DNA of 64,000 nucleotides from an uncultured Planctomycetota bacterium (GTDB lineage Bacteria; Planctomycetota; PLA2; JAEUHO01): assembly GCA_963752285.1 (NCBI GenBank), contig CAVVXN010000005.1:2144001-2208000 (forward strand), written 5' to 3'. A program made the translations under genes and the position numbers. The notes beneath the pieces were generated by a model that was not told the origin of the DNA, did no database searches, and worked only from the letters and a program-made list of their open reading frames with translations. Below are positions 21,003 through 31,569 of this stretch, piece by piece (within the stretch, counting starts at the first letter, position 1; the number at the start of each line of letters is the position of its first letter).

Positions 21003-21788
21003 ATGCGCACATTTATCTCGGCTCTTGCTGTCCTCATGCTGCCTCTGTTGGCCCAAGCTGACGGCACAGGGACGGTCACATTCTACGTGCTCTGTGGTAC
21101 CAAGGGCATGGACTCCCAGATCGAGGCCCAGGATGGAACGACCGTGCGGTTGACTGCGAAGAAGGGCACCAAGGTCTTGGACGACACCTTCACTTTCCCG
21201 AAGGGTTCCACGGCCGCGACCGCCGTGGATCATTATGCTGCTGCCTTAGCTGCTGCTGGATTCGTTGAGGGCACAGACTTCGTCAAAGCAGGGAACTCTA
21301 TCAAGTTCAAGAACCCGGATCACATTGACGGCGGAACCCAGAATCGCTGCCAATACTCCGTTACATACCGCGTATCTGGCGGTGTCGGGGTCGGTAGTGC
21401 CCCTGTGACTGGGGCTGAAGTCAAGATCGGAAAGAACGCCCCGGCAGGGGGAAGCTTCATCATCACCGGCCTCGGGCTCGCTCCGCTCCCCGGGGGCGGG
21501 TATCAAGCGCGAAGCGCCCACGCCCAGGTTGAGGTTCATCCAACAGACACTGATGTCGAGACTATGGAGCGGGTTGCTGGGCGCCTTGTCTCTTTGGGGT
21601 GGAGCGCTGAGTACTCCTCGTCGGCAGGGGTTATCCGTATCACTACGCTTCCCGATGGCACCCAGCTGACTGCGCTTACATGTGCGTTCCTTGATGATGG
21701 GCAATTCGCCGCGGGCGGTATCTGTTCGGAGACTGAGCCCGTGCGACCTGAGGCACTCCACTGGCGTTGCGCAATCGTTCGCGATTAG
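21003..21788 (+). CDS. Secreted hypothetical protein (cargo 3, paralog 2)
   Basis: Signal peptide MRTFISALAVLMLPLLAQA. Confidence 0.8.
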   Translation: MRTFISALAVLMLPLLAQADGTGTVTFYVLCGTKGMDSQIEAQDGTTVRLTAKKGTKVLDDTFTFPKGSTAATAVDHYAAALAAAGFVEGTDFVKAGNSIKFKNPDHIDGGTQNRCQYSVTYRVSGGVGVGSAPVTGAEVKIGKNAPAGGSFIITGLGLAPLPGGGYQARSAHAQVEVHPTDTDVETMERVAGRLVSLGWSAEYSSSAGVIRITTLPDGTQLTALTCAFLDDGQFAAGGICSETEPVRPEALHWRCAIVRD

Positions 21789-22032
21789 AGCCCGTAACCG
21801 GCCACGGGCATCGCATCGCACCTGTACGTCGGCGCGATGGACCTGTGCAGGGGGCTCCATTACCGCGGGCATGGACGAGTTGCTCATGGCACTGGGTGGA
21901 GGCAGCTAGCAAATCGACTCGTGTCTCGGCTGGTTGGAGCCGCAGTGTTGCCGTTGTAGTGAGTTTGGCTGCTCCACTCCTGTATGGTAGGCTGTTGGCG
22001 CGCTCATCCCAGCGGGCGCGCCCCGAGGCACC

Positions 22033-22446
22033 ATGCCGTCGAAGCCGCGCACGCTCGCTGGGATCCTACGCAGCCGCCGCCACGCGGACCGGGAGTACAA
22101 CCTCGCCCGCCGCGACCCGGCCGTGGCCCGGATCCATGGGTCCGCCCGCTGGCAGGCCGTGCGTGCCCAGGTGCTCCGCGACGAGCCCCTCTGCCGGGAG
22201 TGCGCACGCCTCGGCTTGACCGAGCCCGCCACGCAGGTGGACCACGTCGTCCCCCTGGCCGTGGCCCCCGAACTCGCGTTCGTGCGGTCCAACCTCGCGC
22301 CGACCTGCACGGCCTGCCACGCGCGCAAGTCGGCGTCGGATCGGCGTCGAGCGGGCGTCGATCCGGGGGAGGGGGGGGCCTCCGAGCTCTCAGGCCGAGG
22401 GGCCCACGAGCGGGGCGCGGGGCATGCGTCGATTTTCACGGGATAG
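22033..22446 (+). CDS. HNH endonuclease, copy C
   Basis: Same CxxC/DH/N/CxxCH motifs as copy A. Confidence 0.9.
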   Translation: MPSKPRTLAGILRSRRHADREYNLARRDPAVARIHGSARWQAVRAQVLRDEPLCRECARLGLTEPATQVDHVVPLAVAPELAFVRSNLAPTCTACHARKSASDRRRAGVDPGEGGASELSGRGAHERGAGHASIFTG

Positions 22447-22518
22447 CCAAAACGCCTCCGGCGGGCCGGAGAGCCCTGAAACTAGCCCTCCGACGTATGT
22501 ACCCCCCAAGGGGGCCGC

Positions 22519-22779
22519 ATGACCGGCGTCCCGCTCAAGGCCGCCCAGCGGGACCTGATGGCCCTGGTCCGCGCCGTCGAGGAGGACGGCGAGCGGATCG
22601 TCCTGACCCGCCGCGGGCGCCCCGTCGCCGCCCTGCTCCCCGTGGGGGCGATCGAGGCGCTCGACCTCCTCGGGCGGCTGCTCCCCGACGTGGCCGACGT
22701 GGCCGCTGGGTTCGGCGAGACGGACCCGGAGGCCCCGGGCCTGGGGCCGGCCCCGGGCTCCGAGGAGGCGGCGCCGTGA
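22519..22779 (+). CDS. Phd-like protein 1, copy C (alternative N-terminus)
   Basis: MTGVPLKAAQRDL replaces MRVGLKSAKGAL; the rest is near-identical. Confidence 0.75.
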   Translation: MTGVPLKAAQRDLMALVRAVEEDGERIVLTRRGRPVAALLPVGAIEALDLLGRLLPDVADVAAGFGETDPEAPGLGPAPGSEEAAP

Positions 22780-23029
22780 CCAGCCCCGCCCCCCGCACCG
22801 TCGCCGTCCGGCGCCTCCGGGCGACGCTCCGGGCCGTCGTCCGGGCCGTCCAGGAGGGCGGCGAGCGCGTGGTCCTCACCCGCCACGGGCGTCCGGTCGC
22901 CGCTCTCGTCCCCCTGGATCTGCTGGAACCGCTCCCCCCGGCGCTCTGCGCTCTCCGCTCTCGGCCGCTCTCGGCTCGCCTCCCGCCGACGAGAGCCCGG
23001 CCGCCACCCAGTCCCCGGAGGCCTCGTGA
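22776..23029 (+). pseudogene. Phd-like protein 2, copy C, frameshifted in its C-terminal tail
   Basis: VVLTRHGRPVAALVP intact; frame shifts near 22940 relative to copy D. Confidence 0.65.
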
Positions 23030-24402
23030 TGGTCGCCCCCTCGAACCTCGGCCGCGTCCGCCTGGAGACCCGCCGCCTCTCGGACCTCGTGCCCGCGGCC
23101 TACAACCCGAGAGTCATCTCGACCGAGGCCCTCGCCGGCCTCGGCGAGTCGATCGGCCGCTACGGTCTGGTGCAGCCGATCATCGTGAACGACCGCAGCG
23201 GCAACGTCGTCGGCGGCCACCAGCGGTTGAAGGTGCTGGAGGCGAAGGGCGTCGAGGCGACCGACGTCGTCGTGATCGACGTCGAGGAGGCCGAGGAGAA
23301 GGCCCTCAACCTCGCTCTCAACTCCCCCCGCATCTCGGGCGAGTGGACCGCCGACGCGCTCGGCCTGCTCGAGGAGGTCGTCGGCGCGCTGCCCGACCTC
23401 GGCGACGCACTGCTCCTCTCCGGCCTCCGGGGCGACCTGGAGAAGCTCTTCCCGCAGGAAGCCGGCGACATCGTCGAGGACGAGGTCCCCGAGCCCCCCG
23501 ACGACCCGGTCACGAAGCCCGGCGACCTCTGGGTGCTGGGGAGCCACCGGCTCCTCTGCGGCGACTCAGGCGACGAGACGGACCTCGACCGGCTGCTCGC
23601 CAGCGCGCCGGTCCACCTGCTCAACACCGACCCGCCCTACAACGTGAAGGTCGAGCCGAGAAGCAACAACGCGATCCGTGCCGGGCTCTCGTCCTTCTCC
23701 GCACCCGAGAAGCGACACCACCAGGCGCTCGACCTCGCGCGCCATCCCGAGAAGGCGAAGCCCACGCACCGCAAGATGCGGGCGAAGGACCGGCCGCTGG
23801 AGAACGACTTCCTCTCCGACGAAGAGTTCGAGAAGCGGCTGCGCGCGTGGTTCGGCAACGCCTCGCGCGTCATGCTCCCCGGGCGTGCGGCCTACATCTG
23901 GGGTGGCTACGCGAACGTGGCGAACTACCCGCCGGCCCTGAAGGAGGCAGGCTTCTACTTCTCCCAGACCATCATCTGGGACAAGCAGCACCCGGTTCTC
24001 ACGCGCAAGGACTTCATGGGTGCGCACGAGTGGTGCTTCTACTCGTGGAAGGTCGGCGCCGCGCACGCGTTCTACGGGCCGCCGAACGTGCCGGACCTCT
24101 GGGCGATCAAGAAGGTGAACCCGCAGTCGATGGTCCACCTGACCGAGAAGCCCATCGAGCTCGCCGCCCGCGCGCTCCAGTACTCCTCGAAGAAGGGCGA
24201 GAACGTGCTCGATCTCTTCGGCGGCTCGGGCTCGACGCTCATGGCCTGCGAGCAGCTCGGCCGGCGCGCGTTCCTCATGGAGCTCGACCCGGCCTACACC
24301 GACGTGATCGTCGAGCGCTGGCAGACGGCGACGGGCCAGAAGGCGAAGCGGGAGAGCGCGAAGCCGCCCGCGCGCAAGGCGCGGAGGAAGGCGAAGATCT
24401 GA
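23026..24402 (+). CDS. ParB-N6/N4 (beta-class) DNA methyltransferase, intact copy C
   Basis: ParB N-domain, HRLLCGDS, TDPPYN, H.TEKP, VLDLFGGSGST, MELDP.Y.DVIV.RW. Confidence 0.93.
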   Translation: MMVAPSNLGRVRLETRRLSDLVPAAYNPRVISTEALAGLGESIGRYGLVQPIIVNDRSGNVVGGHQRLKVLEAKGVEATDVVVIDVEEAEEKALNLALNSPRISGEWTADALGLLEEVVGALPDLGDALLLSGLRGDLEKLFPQEAGDIVEDEVPEPPDDPVTKPGDLWVLGSHRLLCGDSGDETDLDRLLASAPVHLLNTDPPYNVKVEPRSNNAIRAGLSSFSAPEKRHHQALDLARHPEKAKPTHRKMRAKDRPLENDFLSDEEFEKRLRAWFGNASRVMLPGRAAYIWGGYANVANYPPALKEAGFYFSQTIIWDKQHPVLTRKDFMGAHEWCFYSWKVGAAHAFYGPPNVPDLWAIKKVNPQSMVHLTEKPIELAARALQYSSKKGENVLDLFGGSGSTLMACEQLGRRAFLMELDPAYTDVIVERWQTATGQKAKRESAKPPARKARRKAKI

Positions 24403-24740
24403 TGCTGTACCTGGCCTCTCCGTACTCCCACTCCGACCCGGCCGTCCGGGCGACCCGCTACCAGCAGGCGTGCTGGCACGCCGTGCGCCTGATGCGAGGC
24501 GGCCGGCTCGTGTACTCACCCATCGTCCACAGCCACGCGCTCGCGGAGCTGGGCCTGCCGGGCGACTGGCCGTTCTGGGCCGAGCACAACCGCGAGATGA
24601 TGGCGGCATGCCGCGAGCTCGTGGTGCTCGCGCTCGACGGGTGGAAGGGGAGCCGGGGCGTCGCCGCCGAGATCGGGATCGCGACGGAGCTCGGGATCCC
24701 CGTGCGCTTCGAGGCGCCCAGCGAGGTGGCCCATGCCTAA
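24402..24740 (+). CDS. DUF1937 family protein
   Basis: MLYLASPYSH, SPIVHSH, GW..SRGV..EI..A. Confidence 0.85.
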   Translation: MLYLASPYSHSDPAVRATRYQQACWHAVRLMRGGRLVYSPIVHSHALAELGLPGDWPFWAEHNREMMAACRELVVLALDGWKGSRGVAAEIGIATELGIPVRFEAPSEVAHA

Positions 24741-25224
24741 GCCCGGCCCCGCCCGGACGCCGACGAAGAAGCTCGCGCTGCGCGGGAGCTGGCGGGCGGC
24801 CACGCGCTCCGGCGAACCCCGGCCCGAGCCCGAGGCGCCGCCTCGCCCCGCCGCGCTCCCCCCCGCGGCCGCCGCCGTGTGGGACGAGGTCCTCCCGCAG
24901 CTCGGGGCCGCCGGGCTCCTCGGCCGCGTGGACGGGCGCTCCTTCACCCGCTACTGCGAGCTCTTCCCCGTGTGGGACGACCTCATGGCGTTCCTTCGGA
25001 AGTCCGGCCACGCCCACCCCGTGAAGAACGCGAAGGGCGAGGTCGTGGGCGTCCGCCCGTACCCGCAGCTTCGGCTCGCGCTCCAGGTCTCCGAGCACCT
25101 CCTGCGCCTGGAGAGCCAGTTCGGGATGACGCCGGCGGCGCGCGCGCGGCTCGTGGTCGAGCCGCTCCTGCCGCCGACGCCCGCCCTCGAGCACTACTTC
25201 CAGCCCCGGAGGCTCGGCCGATGA
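24733..25224 (+). CDS. terS: Phage terminase small subunit, P27 family
   Basis: PGP..TPT..LALRG, W, YC, FGMTPAARARL. Confidence 0.88.
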   Translation: MPKPGPARTPTKKLALRGSWRAATRSGEPRPEPEAPPRPAALPPAAAAVWDEVLPQLGAAGLLGRVDGRSFTRYCELFPVWDDLMAFLRKSGHAHPVKNAKGEVVGVRPYPQLRLALQVSEHLLRLESQFGMTPAARARLVVEPLLPPTPALEHYFQPRRLGR

Positions 25225-26676
25225 GCGCCCCGGATCCCGCGGCCCCAATCGCCTCCTGGGGCGACGCCGCCCTCGAGCAGGTCTGCCGGACGGAGATCCC
25301 CGGCTACGACCCGTGGGCGACGGCGCTCCCGTCGCATCGCTTCGACGTCTCGCTCGCGCGCCGCGCAATCGGCTTCTTCCACGACATGCTCCTGTTCGTG
25401 GAGGGCGAGCGCGCCGGCGAGCCCTTCGACCTGGAGCCCTGGCAGGCGGCGATCGTCGGGAACCTGTTCGGGTGGGTGGACGCCGAGAGCGGGCTTCGGC
25501 GCTACCGCGAGGCGCTCGTGTTCGTCGCTCGGAAGAACGGCAAGACGTCGCTGGCCGCCGGCCTCGCCCTCTACCTCCTCCTCTGCGACGGGGAGCCCGG
25601 CGGGCAGGTGTACTCGGCGGCCGCCGAGCAGAGCCAGGCCGCGCTGATCTTCCGCCACGCCATGCACATGGTGGCGAAGCGCCCCGAGCTCCTGACCCGC
25701 ACGCGCGTCTACCGCGCCTTCAAGTCGATCGAGGTCCCCGAGACGGGCTCGATCTTCCGGGCGCTGACCGCCGACGCCCAGACGAAGCACGGCCTCTCGG
25801 TCCACGGCGCCGTGATCGACGAGCTCCACGCGCACCCCACGCGCGACCTCGTGGACGTGCTCCAGACGGGCACCGGGTCTCGGCGCCAGCCGATGACGGT
25901 CCACATCACGACGTCTGACTACGAGCGCGTGTCGATCTGCAACGAGAAGTACGACTACGCGACGAAGGTGCGCGACGGTGCGCTCGCCGACCCCTCGTTC
26001 CTGCCCGTGATCTACGAGGCCGCGATCGAGGATCCGTGGGACTCGCCGGAGACTTGGCGCAAGGCCAACCCGAACCTCGGCGTCTCCGTGAAGGAGGACT
26101 ACCTGGAGCGCGAGTGCGCCCGGGCGAAGGAGTCGCCCGCGTACCTGAACACGTTCCTGAGGCTCCACTTGAACATCCGGACCAACGCCGACGTCGCCGC
26201 CTTCGACATGCGCCAGTGGGAGGCGTGCCGGGGCGAGCGGAGCTTCCACCAGCTCGCCACCGACCTCGAGGGGCACGAGTGCTTCGCGGGGCTCGACCTC
26301 GCGAGCACGGAGGACCTGACGGCGCTCGTGCTCGTGTTCCCCGACGACGGGAACGCCGTGCTCCCCTTCTTCTGGTGCCCGAAGGAGGGGGCCGTCAACC
26401 GGGAGCGGCGCCACCGCGTGCCCTACACGGGGTGGGCGCGGGACGGGTTCCTCCACCTCACGGACGGGAACGCCACGGACTTCGACCACGTCGAGCGCAC
26501 CGTGATCGAGCTCTCGAAGCGCTACCGGATCAATTGACTGGGCTTCGACCGCTTCGGGGCCTCCCAGGTCGTGAACCACCTGCAGGACGCCGGCGTCGAG
26601 GTCGTGCTCTTCGGGCAGGGCTACGTGTCGATGAACGCGCCCTCGAAGCACCTCGACGTCCTCGTGCGCTCACGCG
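25221..26676 (+). pseudogene. terL: Phage terminase large subunit with in-frame TGA at 26535 and C-terminal truncation
   Basis: LEPWQ, RKNGKT, IDELH, W.KANP.LG, GLDLAS..DLTA; homology continues in frame past the stop (LGFDRFGA..QGY.SM..PSK) to ~26676. Confidence 0.9.
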
Positions 26677-26699
26677 CACGCACGCCCTCCCGGGGGGCG

Positions 26700-27478
26700 C
26701 CGCCTTCCTCACCGCCTGCTACGAGCAGGCCCGGCACAAGGCGCACTACGCGAAGCGGCCACAGGGAACTCGGCTCGAGTCGGTTACATGCAAGTCAGCA
26801 AGCGCCGCCATGTGTCGGGAGTTGGGAGTTTCTCACCCGCGCACGTGGGTGGGTTCCCTTGACGCAACCGCGGCGTTGCCGCTGGTGTTGAAGCCGGATA
26901 ACGGTTCCTGCGGCCGTGGAATCCGGCTCCTGACGGCACCCCACGACAGAAAGCGGTTTTGCCCGCATGACCGAGTCCCCCCCGGCTACGTTGCCCAGGA
27001 GTACGTCTCGAGCCCGGTGGGCATGCCCCTCAGCCTCCGCGTGATCACGGTCCGCACGAGAGTTCTCGCTGCGGCGGTCCTCTACCGATCCGATGGACTG
27101 ACGTCAAACGCCACACGTGGGGGGGACATCGTTCCTGTCTTCGGTCCTCACGCGACCTCGCATCTCCACCCACAAGAGGCATCGGTCCTCGATCGCGTCG
27201 GGCTCGCCGTCGGGAAGGGGGAACTGCCGGAGCCTGTGACCTCCATGGTCACGCGGGTTGCCGCTTGGCTCGCCGGACGCGGGGTCCAGATCTGCGGACA
27301 CGACCTGATCCCTGGGCTGGACGGCACTTGGCGATACATCGAATCTAACGCCTATCCGGGTTACTTGGTGCTGCTGGCGACGCACGGCATCGGCACAGGC
27401 CAGTTGGTGCCTGGCTACTGGCTCGGTGGCCAGTTGATCGCCCAGGCCCTAGAGCAGGAGTTTGCTCCCAGGATCTAG
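26700..27478 (+). pseudogene. RimK-like ATP-grasp ligase, 5' end lost at the terL junction
   Basis: PLVLKPDNGSCGRGI, VAQEYV, LRV, SNATRGG, GHDL, IESNAYPG. Confidence 0.75.
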
Positions 27479-27521
27479 GCCCTGGCGGCCTCCCCCGGAC
27501 TGAACCGGCGCACTTCAACGC

Positions 27522-28868
27522 CTACTTACACGGCCTCGTATCCTTCGCGACTGTGTAGAGAGCCAGGTCGGCGGCTCGGCGCACGGACTCTGGAAGGTCG
27601 CTTCGGATCCTCCGGAGGAGGTCGACGACGGCCGCGCGCTCCTGCTGGAGCTCCGTGAGGGCGTCGGGTATCCACCTTCGATCCCGAAGCGGGACACTCC
27701 CGTCCTGGAGGACATCGCCGAGGACACGGATCGCGGCCGGTGCCTCCTTCGAGTCCCGCATACCAAGCGTCAGTGCGGCGCTCATACGCAACCAGTAGTG
27801 CGCCTGCGCGTCCGCCCGCAGGCTCATCAAAGTGGGCCGGACGCGAGGCCCCCAGGTCGAGAGGCGGCTGAGCGCGCGGATCGCCTGCCCGCGCAGCCCT
27901 ACTGCAAGGTCCGACGAATCGGCGAACGCGAGCAACTTGCCCTCGAACTCGGTCGCGCGCGCCGGCAGCGCCACGGCCAGAACGGTCAGGCCCAGGACAC
28001 GCAGTATCGGCACGGGCTCGGCGTCGAGCCGCTCTTCCAGGCGTCCGGCGACCGGCTCTGCATCTGCCCCCAGATCTGTCAGCCCCTCGAGGGCAGCCGC
28101 GCGACGCACCAAGTCCGTGCTTTCGAGCGCCTGCCGCGTGAGCTCATGGATCTGCTTGCCCGTCAGAGCCTGGATGGCTTCGAGCAACAATCCAGCGAAG
28201 GGCTCGTCCTGTGTCTCAGAGTAGGTACGCTCCAGCGCGGCAAGAAGTGCCGGTTCCGTGCCTCGTCGAGCGCGGATGAAAGTCGTAAGCCCGGCCCACG
28301 TCATCATTTCGCGGCGCCCGGAGAGCTGGTTGCGCTCTTCCAAGACGGCAACCAAGTCGCCTTCGGTCAGGGGCGCGCGAAAAGGGTCGCGAGAGAGCAG
28401 CTTGAGCGCCTCACCCCGTAGTGCGGGGTTCCGACGCGTGTTTCTGATGAAGCCCGCCACGAAGGTCAGGGCTGATGGATTTCGGCAACCGAGCATCGTA
28501 AGGGCTCGAAGCGCCTGCTCCACCTCGTCCAGTTCCTCTGCGTCAAGACGCGCCGCGACGAGTACGACCAACGCGTCGGGAGCCACGGCAGCAGTTCCCA
28601 CCGTCTCGAGCGCGAGTCTCCTGACCGAAGCCTCCTCCGACTCCGCGAGCAGATCGGACGCGAGCCGAAGGGAGCCAGGCAATCGCTCCCACAGTTCGTA
28701 GGCGGCAGCGACCCTTCCCGCCCTGACCGCGGTCACGAGCTCGCGCACTTCCTCGTCACTATCCGGAGCTCCGCGCACGTTGATTACGCCGCCCATCAGC
28801 AGACCGAAGAGGAGGGTGAGGATCTGGAGAAGTAGTCGCCCATGGCTAGCCGTCCACGGATGTTTCAT
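27522..28868 (-). CDS. Exported HEAT-repeat protein
   Basis: RBS GGAGGAG; N-terminal hydrophobic segment; VRR.A..AL repeats. Confidence 0.75.
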   Translation of the reverse strand: MKHPWTASHGRLLLQILTLLFGLLMGGVINVRGAPDSDEEVRELVTAVRAGRVAAAYELWERLPGSLRLASDLLAESEEASVRRLALETVGTAAVAPDALVVLVAARLDAEELDEVEQALRALTMLGCRNPSALTFVAGFIRNTRRNPALRGEALKLLSRDPFRAPLTEGDLVAVLEERNQLSGRREMMTWAGLTTFIRARRGTEPALLAALERTYSETQDEPFAGLLLEAIQALTGKQIHELTRQALESTDLVRRAAALEGLTDLGADAEPVAGRLEERLDAEPVPILRVLGLTVLAVALPARATEFEGKLLAFADSSDLAVGLRGQAIRALSRLSTWGPRVRPTLMSLRADAQAHYWLRMSAALTLGMRDSKEAPAAIRVLGDVLQDGSVPLRDRRWIPDALTELQQERAAVVDLLRRIRSDLPESVRRAADLALYTVAKDTRPCK

Positions 28869-29238
28869 TGCGCGGCTCCTCCTCCGGTGGATGCGAAGAC
28901 ATCGCGTGCCCAAGCACGGGGGCGACGACATCCTCCAGGATGCGGTCCATGGCGACGTTGATGTCCTCCTGACGCCGGTATATCTGAGGGAAGACGTTAA
29001 TCTCAAGGAGGAACGCGGCAAGTTCCCGTGCTCGCCCAGTCACGAGCACGTCCAAGGCCCACAGGCACATCACGGGGCGATCCGCGCCGGCGAGAGCCAC
29101 CATCGTCATCGTGGCGTGCACCGCCTGCAACACTTGCTCGCGGGTGGCCTGCCACGAGTCGTCGGCCGCCTCGAGTTCTCTAAGCTCGAACAGCCGCGGC
29201 TTCACTCCCATCCGAGTGCTATGGGACGAATTGCACAA

Positions 29239-30247
29239 CCTGGGTATCGGGATGATGACGGTCGGCACTACCCCTTGGGGTCGCGGGCGTACAGCGCCTC
29301 GTACGTGAGGGTCCCAACGTGCGGCACCAGCCCCAGAAGGCGCTGGAAGGCTGCCCCCAGGTTGCGGCGCCGGTTGTACCGGAACGCGAACTCGTCCAGG
29401 TAGGCCTGAAGGTGCTTCGCCCTCATGGCGCCGTGGTGCGTGCCATGAAGCCAGGCCTTGAGGTTGCCGATGGCCATGTGGAATGCGGGGAGGACGTCCT
29501 CCCTCGTGATCCCCCGCCGCCCGACGACCTGCACGCGGTGCCGGTAGCCCCTCAACTCGTCATAGCCCTGGTGCCCGTCCGTGACGATCGTGGCCCCCGG
29601 CTCCACGACGGCCCGGACGAAGGCATGCAACGTCGCCCGGTCGGCCGCCTGGATCACCCGCAGACGAATCCGCTGGGGGGCCTTGCCACGGCACTCCACC
29701 GCCCCGACGACAAGGGTCTTCCCGAGGGCTCCCCGCCCACGAGGGCCGCTTTGCGGCCCGCCGAGGTAGGTCTCGTCCACCTCGACCCGGCCCCGCAGGG
29801 GCTCGCGGCCGGGCGCCACCATGGCCCGGCGCAGCTTGTGGAGCATCGTGAAGGCCGTTTCGTACGACAGGCCGAGTTGCCGGGAGAGTTCCAGGGCGGA
29901 GATCCCGCTCTTGCTCGACACGAGCAGCCATGCCGCCCAGAGCCACGCACGCGAGCTCACCTTGCTCTTGTGCAGGGCAGTACCCGCCGTCACGGACGCG
30001 ATGTGTCCGCAGCCGGCGCACTCCAGAGCTCTTCGGTCCTTCCGGGCGTAAGAGCGACCCTCGCCGCACCGGGGGCACCGGAAACCGTCCGGCCAGCGGC
30101 ACTCCACCAGATAGGCGTGGCATGCCTCTTCGGTGGCGAAGCGGTCCTGGAACTCAAGCAGCGTCCGGGGGAAGGACGGCCGGCGCGCGGTCATACCGGG
30201 ACCAAATACCACCGGTGGGGTCTTCCGTCAACATCCCGATACCCAGG
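29239..30247 (-). mobile_element. Complete IS1595-family element (1009 bp)
   Basis: Terminal IRs CCTGGGTATCGGGATG(A/T)TGACGG; 8-bp TSD TTGCACAA at 29231-29238 and 30248-30255. Confidence 0.95.
29268..30212 (-). CDS. tnp: IS1595 transposase (Zn ribbon + ISXO2-like DDE)
   Basis: CPRCG..CAGC, EVDETYLGG, VTDG, HLQAYLDEFAFRYNRR. Confidence 0.93.
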   Translation of the reverse strand: MVFGPGMTARRPSFPRTLLEFQDRFATEEACHAYLVECRWPDGFRCPRCGEGRSYARKDRRALECAGCGHIASVTAGTALHKSKVSSRAWLWAAWLLVSSKSGISALELSRQLGLSYETAFTMLHKLRRAMVAPGREPLRGRVEVDETYLGGPQSGPRGRGALGKTLVVGAVECRGKAPQRIRLRVIQAADRATLHAFVRAVVEPGATIVTDGHQGYDELRGYRHRVQVVGRRGITREDVLPAFHMAIGNLKAWLHGTHHGAMRAKHLQAYLDEFAFRYNRRRNLGAAFQRLLGLVPHVGTLTYEALYARDPKG

Positions 30248-31001
30248 TTGCACAATTGCGATTCCAAACGGTCTGGAGCGAAGGGCGTCGGCGCCAGACG
30301 CACCAGGACCAAGGGCAGCACGTGATAGCTGAGCACTCTTCGCCCCGTCACGAGCACATACGCGCGAAAGTCTACTTTGCGCCCTTCATGCAGGAGGGGG
30401 TTCTGCAGGAGCTCCTGTATCACGTATCCGCCGCTGGACGTAAGGAGCGAGAAGGGCGTAACCAGCATCTGAGTGCCTACGCCCCGCGTACCCGCGCTCC
30501 GCTTGGCCAGCAGCGTCAGCTTCGGCAAGTCGAGCTCGGAGAAGCTCTCGTAACCCTCAGGTGGAAGCCACGTGCGTGGTCTCGGCACCTCTAGACTTGT
30601 GACCCGCGCGAAGTCCCTGCAGGCCAGTTCGAGATTGCGCTTCAGACCGTACCGGACGAGTGTAGGCTGATAGTTCGTCCACAGCCCGAGTTCGCCCGCC
30701 TCACGGAGCGCCCGGTAGGCCACGCGGTCGTACGGCATGGACCGTTGCGCGGTGCCGTGGACGGGACAGCTGATGAAGACCGGCGACCTTGAGCTCACAC
30801 CGAGATAACACAGGGCCTGCACGGGGGAGTGGTCCACCCGAACGCGAAGCCCGCGCGACGCCGGGCCTAGATCCAGATCTCCCAATGTGACCGGCCAACT
30901 GGACAGTCCTCCCCTCGCAAGTGCAGCCGCGATTCGCCGAGGCGCTGCCGCCTGCGATGTCGGAGTGAGGAGCGCTAGCATTGCTTGTGGCCCTGCGACT
31001 C

Positions 31002-31214
31002 TCAGTCGCTGCGGCGCCGGAGTATGAAGACGCTCGTGCCAGGGATGCCCGTCACGAGCTCCCAGCCCTCCGCTCCGAGCGGAGCCAGCACGTCCTTGAT
31101 CTGCGCCACGAGCGACTCATCTGATCCAGGGGGCAGCACGACACCTCTATACTCCCAACGGTGGCCCGCCGTCGAACGCCCTGGTTGGGCCGCCCGCTTC
31201 TTCTCGCTCGTCAT
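31002..31214 (-). CDS. DUF4177-like small protein
   Basis: WEYR...LGAEGWELV. Confidence 0.65.
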   Translation of the reverse strand: MTSEKKRAAQPGRSTAGHRWEYRGVVLPPGSDESLVAQIKDVLAPLGAEGWELVTGIPGTSVFILRRRSD

Positions 31215-31569
31215 GATGCACCCCCGTTGTGTGGTCATCGATTCTGACTGCGCTTAGTGGATCCGTCAAGACCGCCGCCGCCCGGGCATCCACCGGGGCT
31301 CGGGGACTCCCGATAGCCGCCACGTTCTGACGGCGTGAATCCGCCCCGGCGTCGCAACGGTCTCCTGCCTCCCTGCGCAAGACCCCGGAGCAGAGGCGCC
31401 CCCGGGCGCTGGGTGCCGTTCCCCGTCCTCCGCGGAGGAGGGGACCGTGTGCCAGCAGGCGCGCGTGGGCCGGCATTTCCGGGGGCAGCCCGAGCCCTGG
31501 CCGGCGTGGGCGCCTCCTGTCCCTGCGTGTTGATGGGCAGTCCCCTTCCTGCGGCCCAGTCGATGCGGT

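Larger units (their letters stand above)
28846..30981 (-). pseudogene. Tubulin-tyrosine-ligase (TTL)-like ATP-grasp protein interrupted by IS1595
   Basis: IQELLQNPLLHEGRKVDFRAYVLVT and QLCN upstream of the IS; the frame resumes after the TSD with WALDVLV..LLEINVFP. Confidence 0.82.

Noticed and set aside
21984..24401. 918-aa ORF 21984..24740 and other long Arg/Pro-rich ORFs (e.g. 2185..4023, 23566..25368, 59783..61888)
   Set aside because: Shadow frames of high-GC genes; only the last 112 codons of the 918-aa ORF (DUF1937) are real.
26535..26537. Programmed TGA readthrough (Sec or recoding) in terL
   Set aside because: TGA is the normal stop throughout the window and the gene is truncated ~140 bp later anyway, so a nonsense mutation is simpler.
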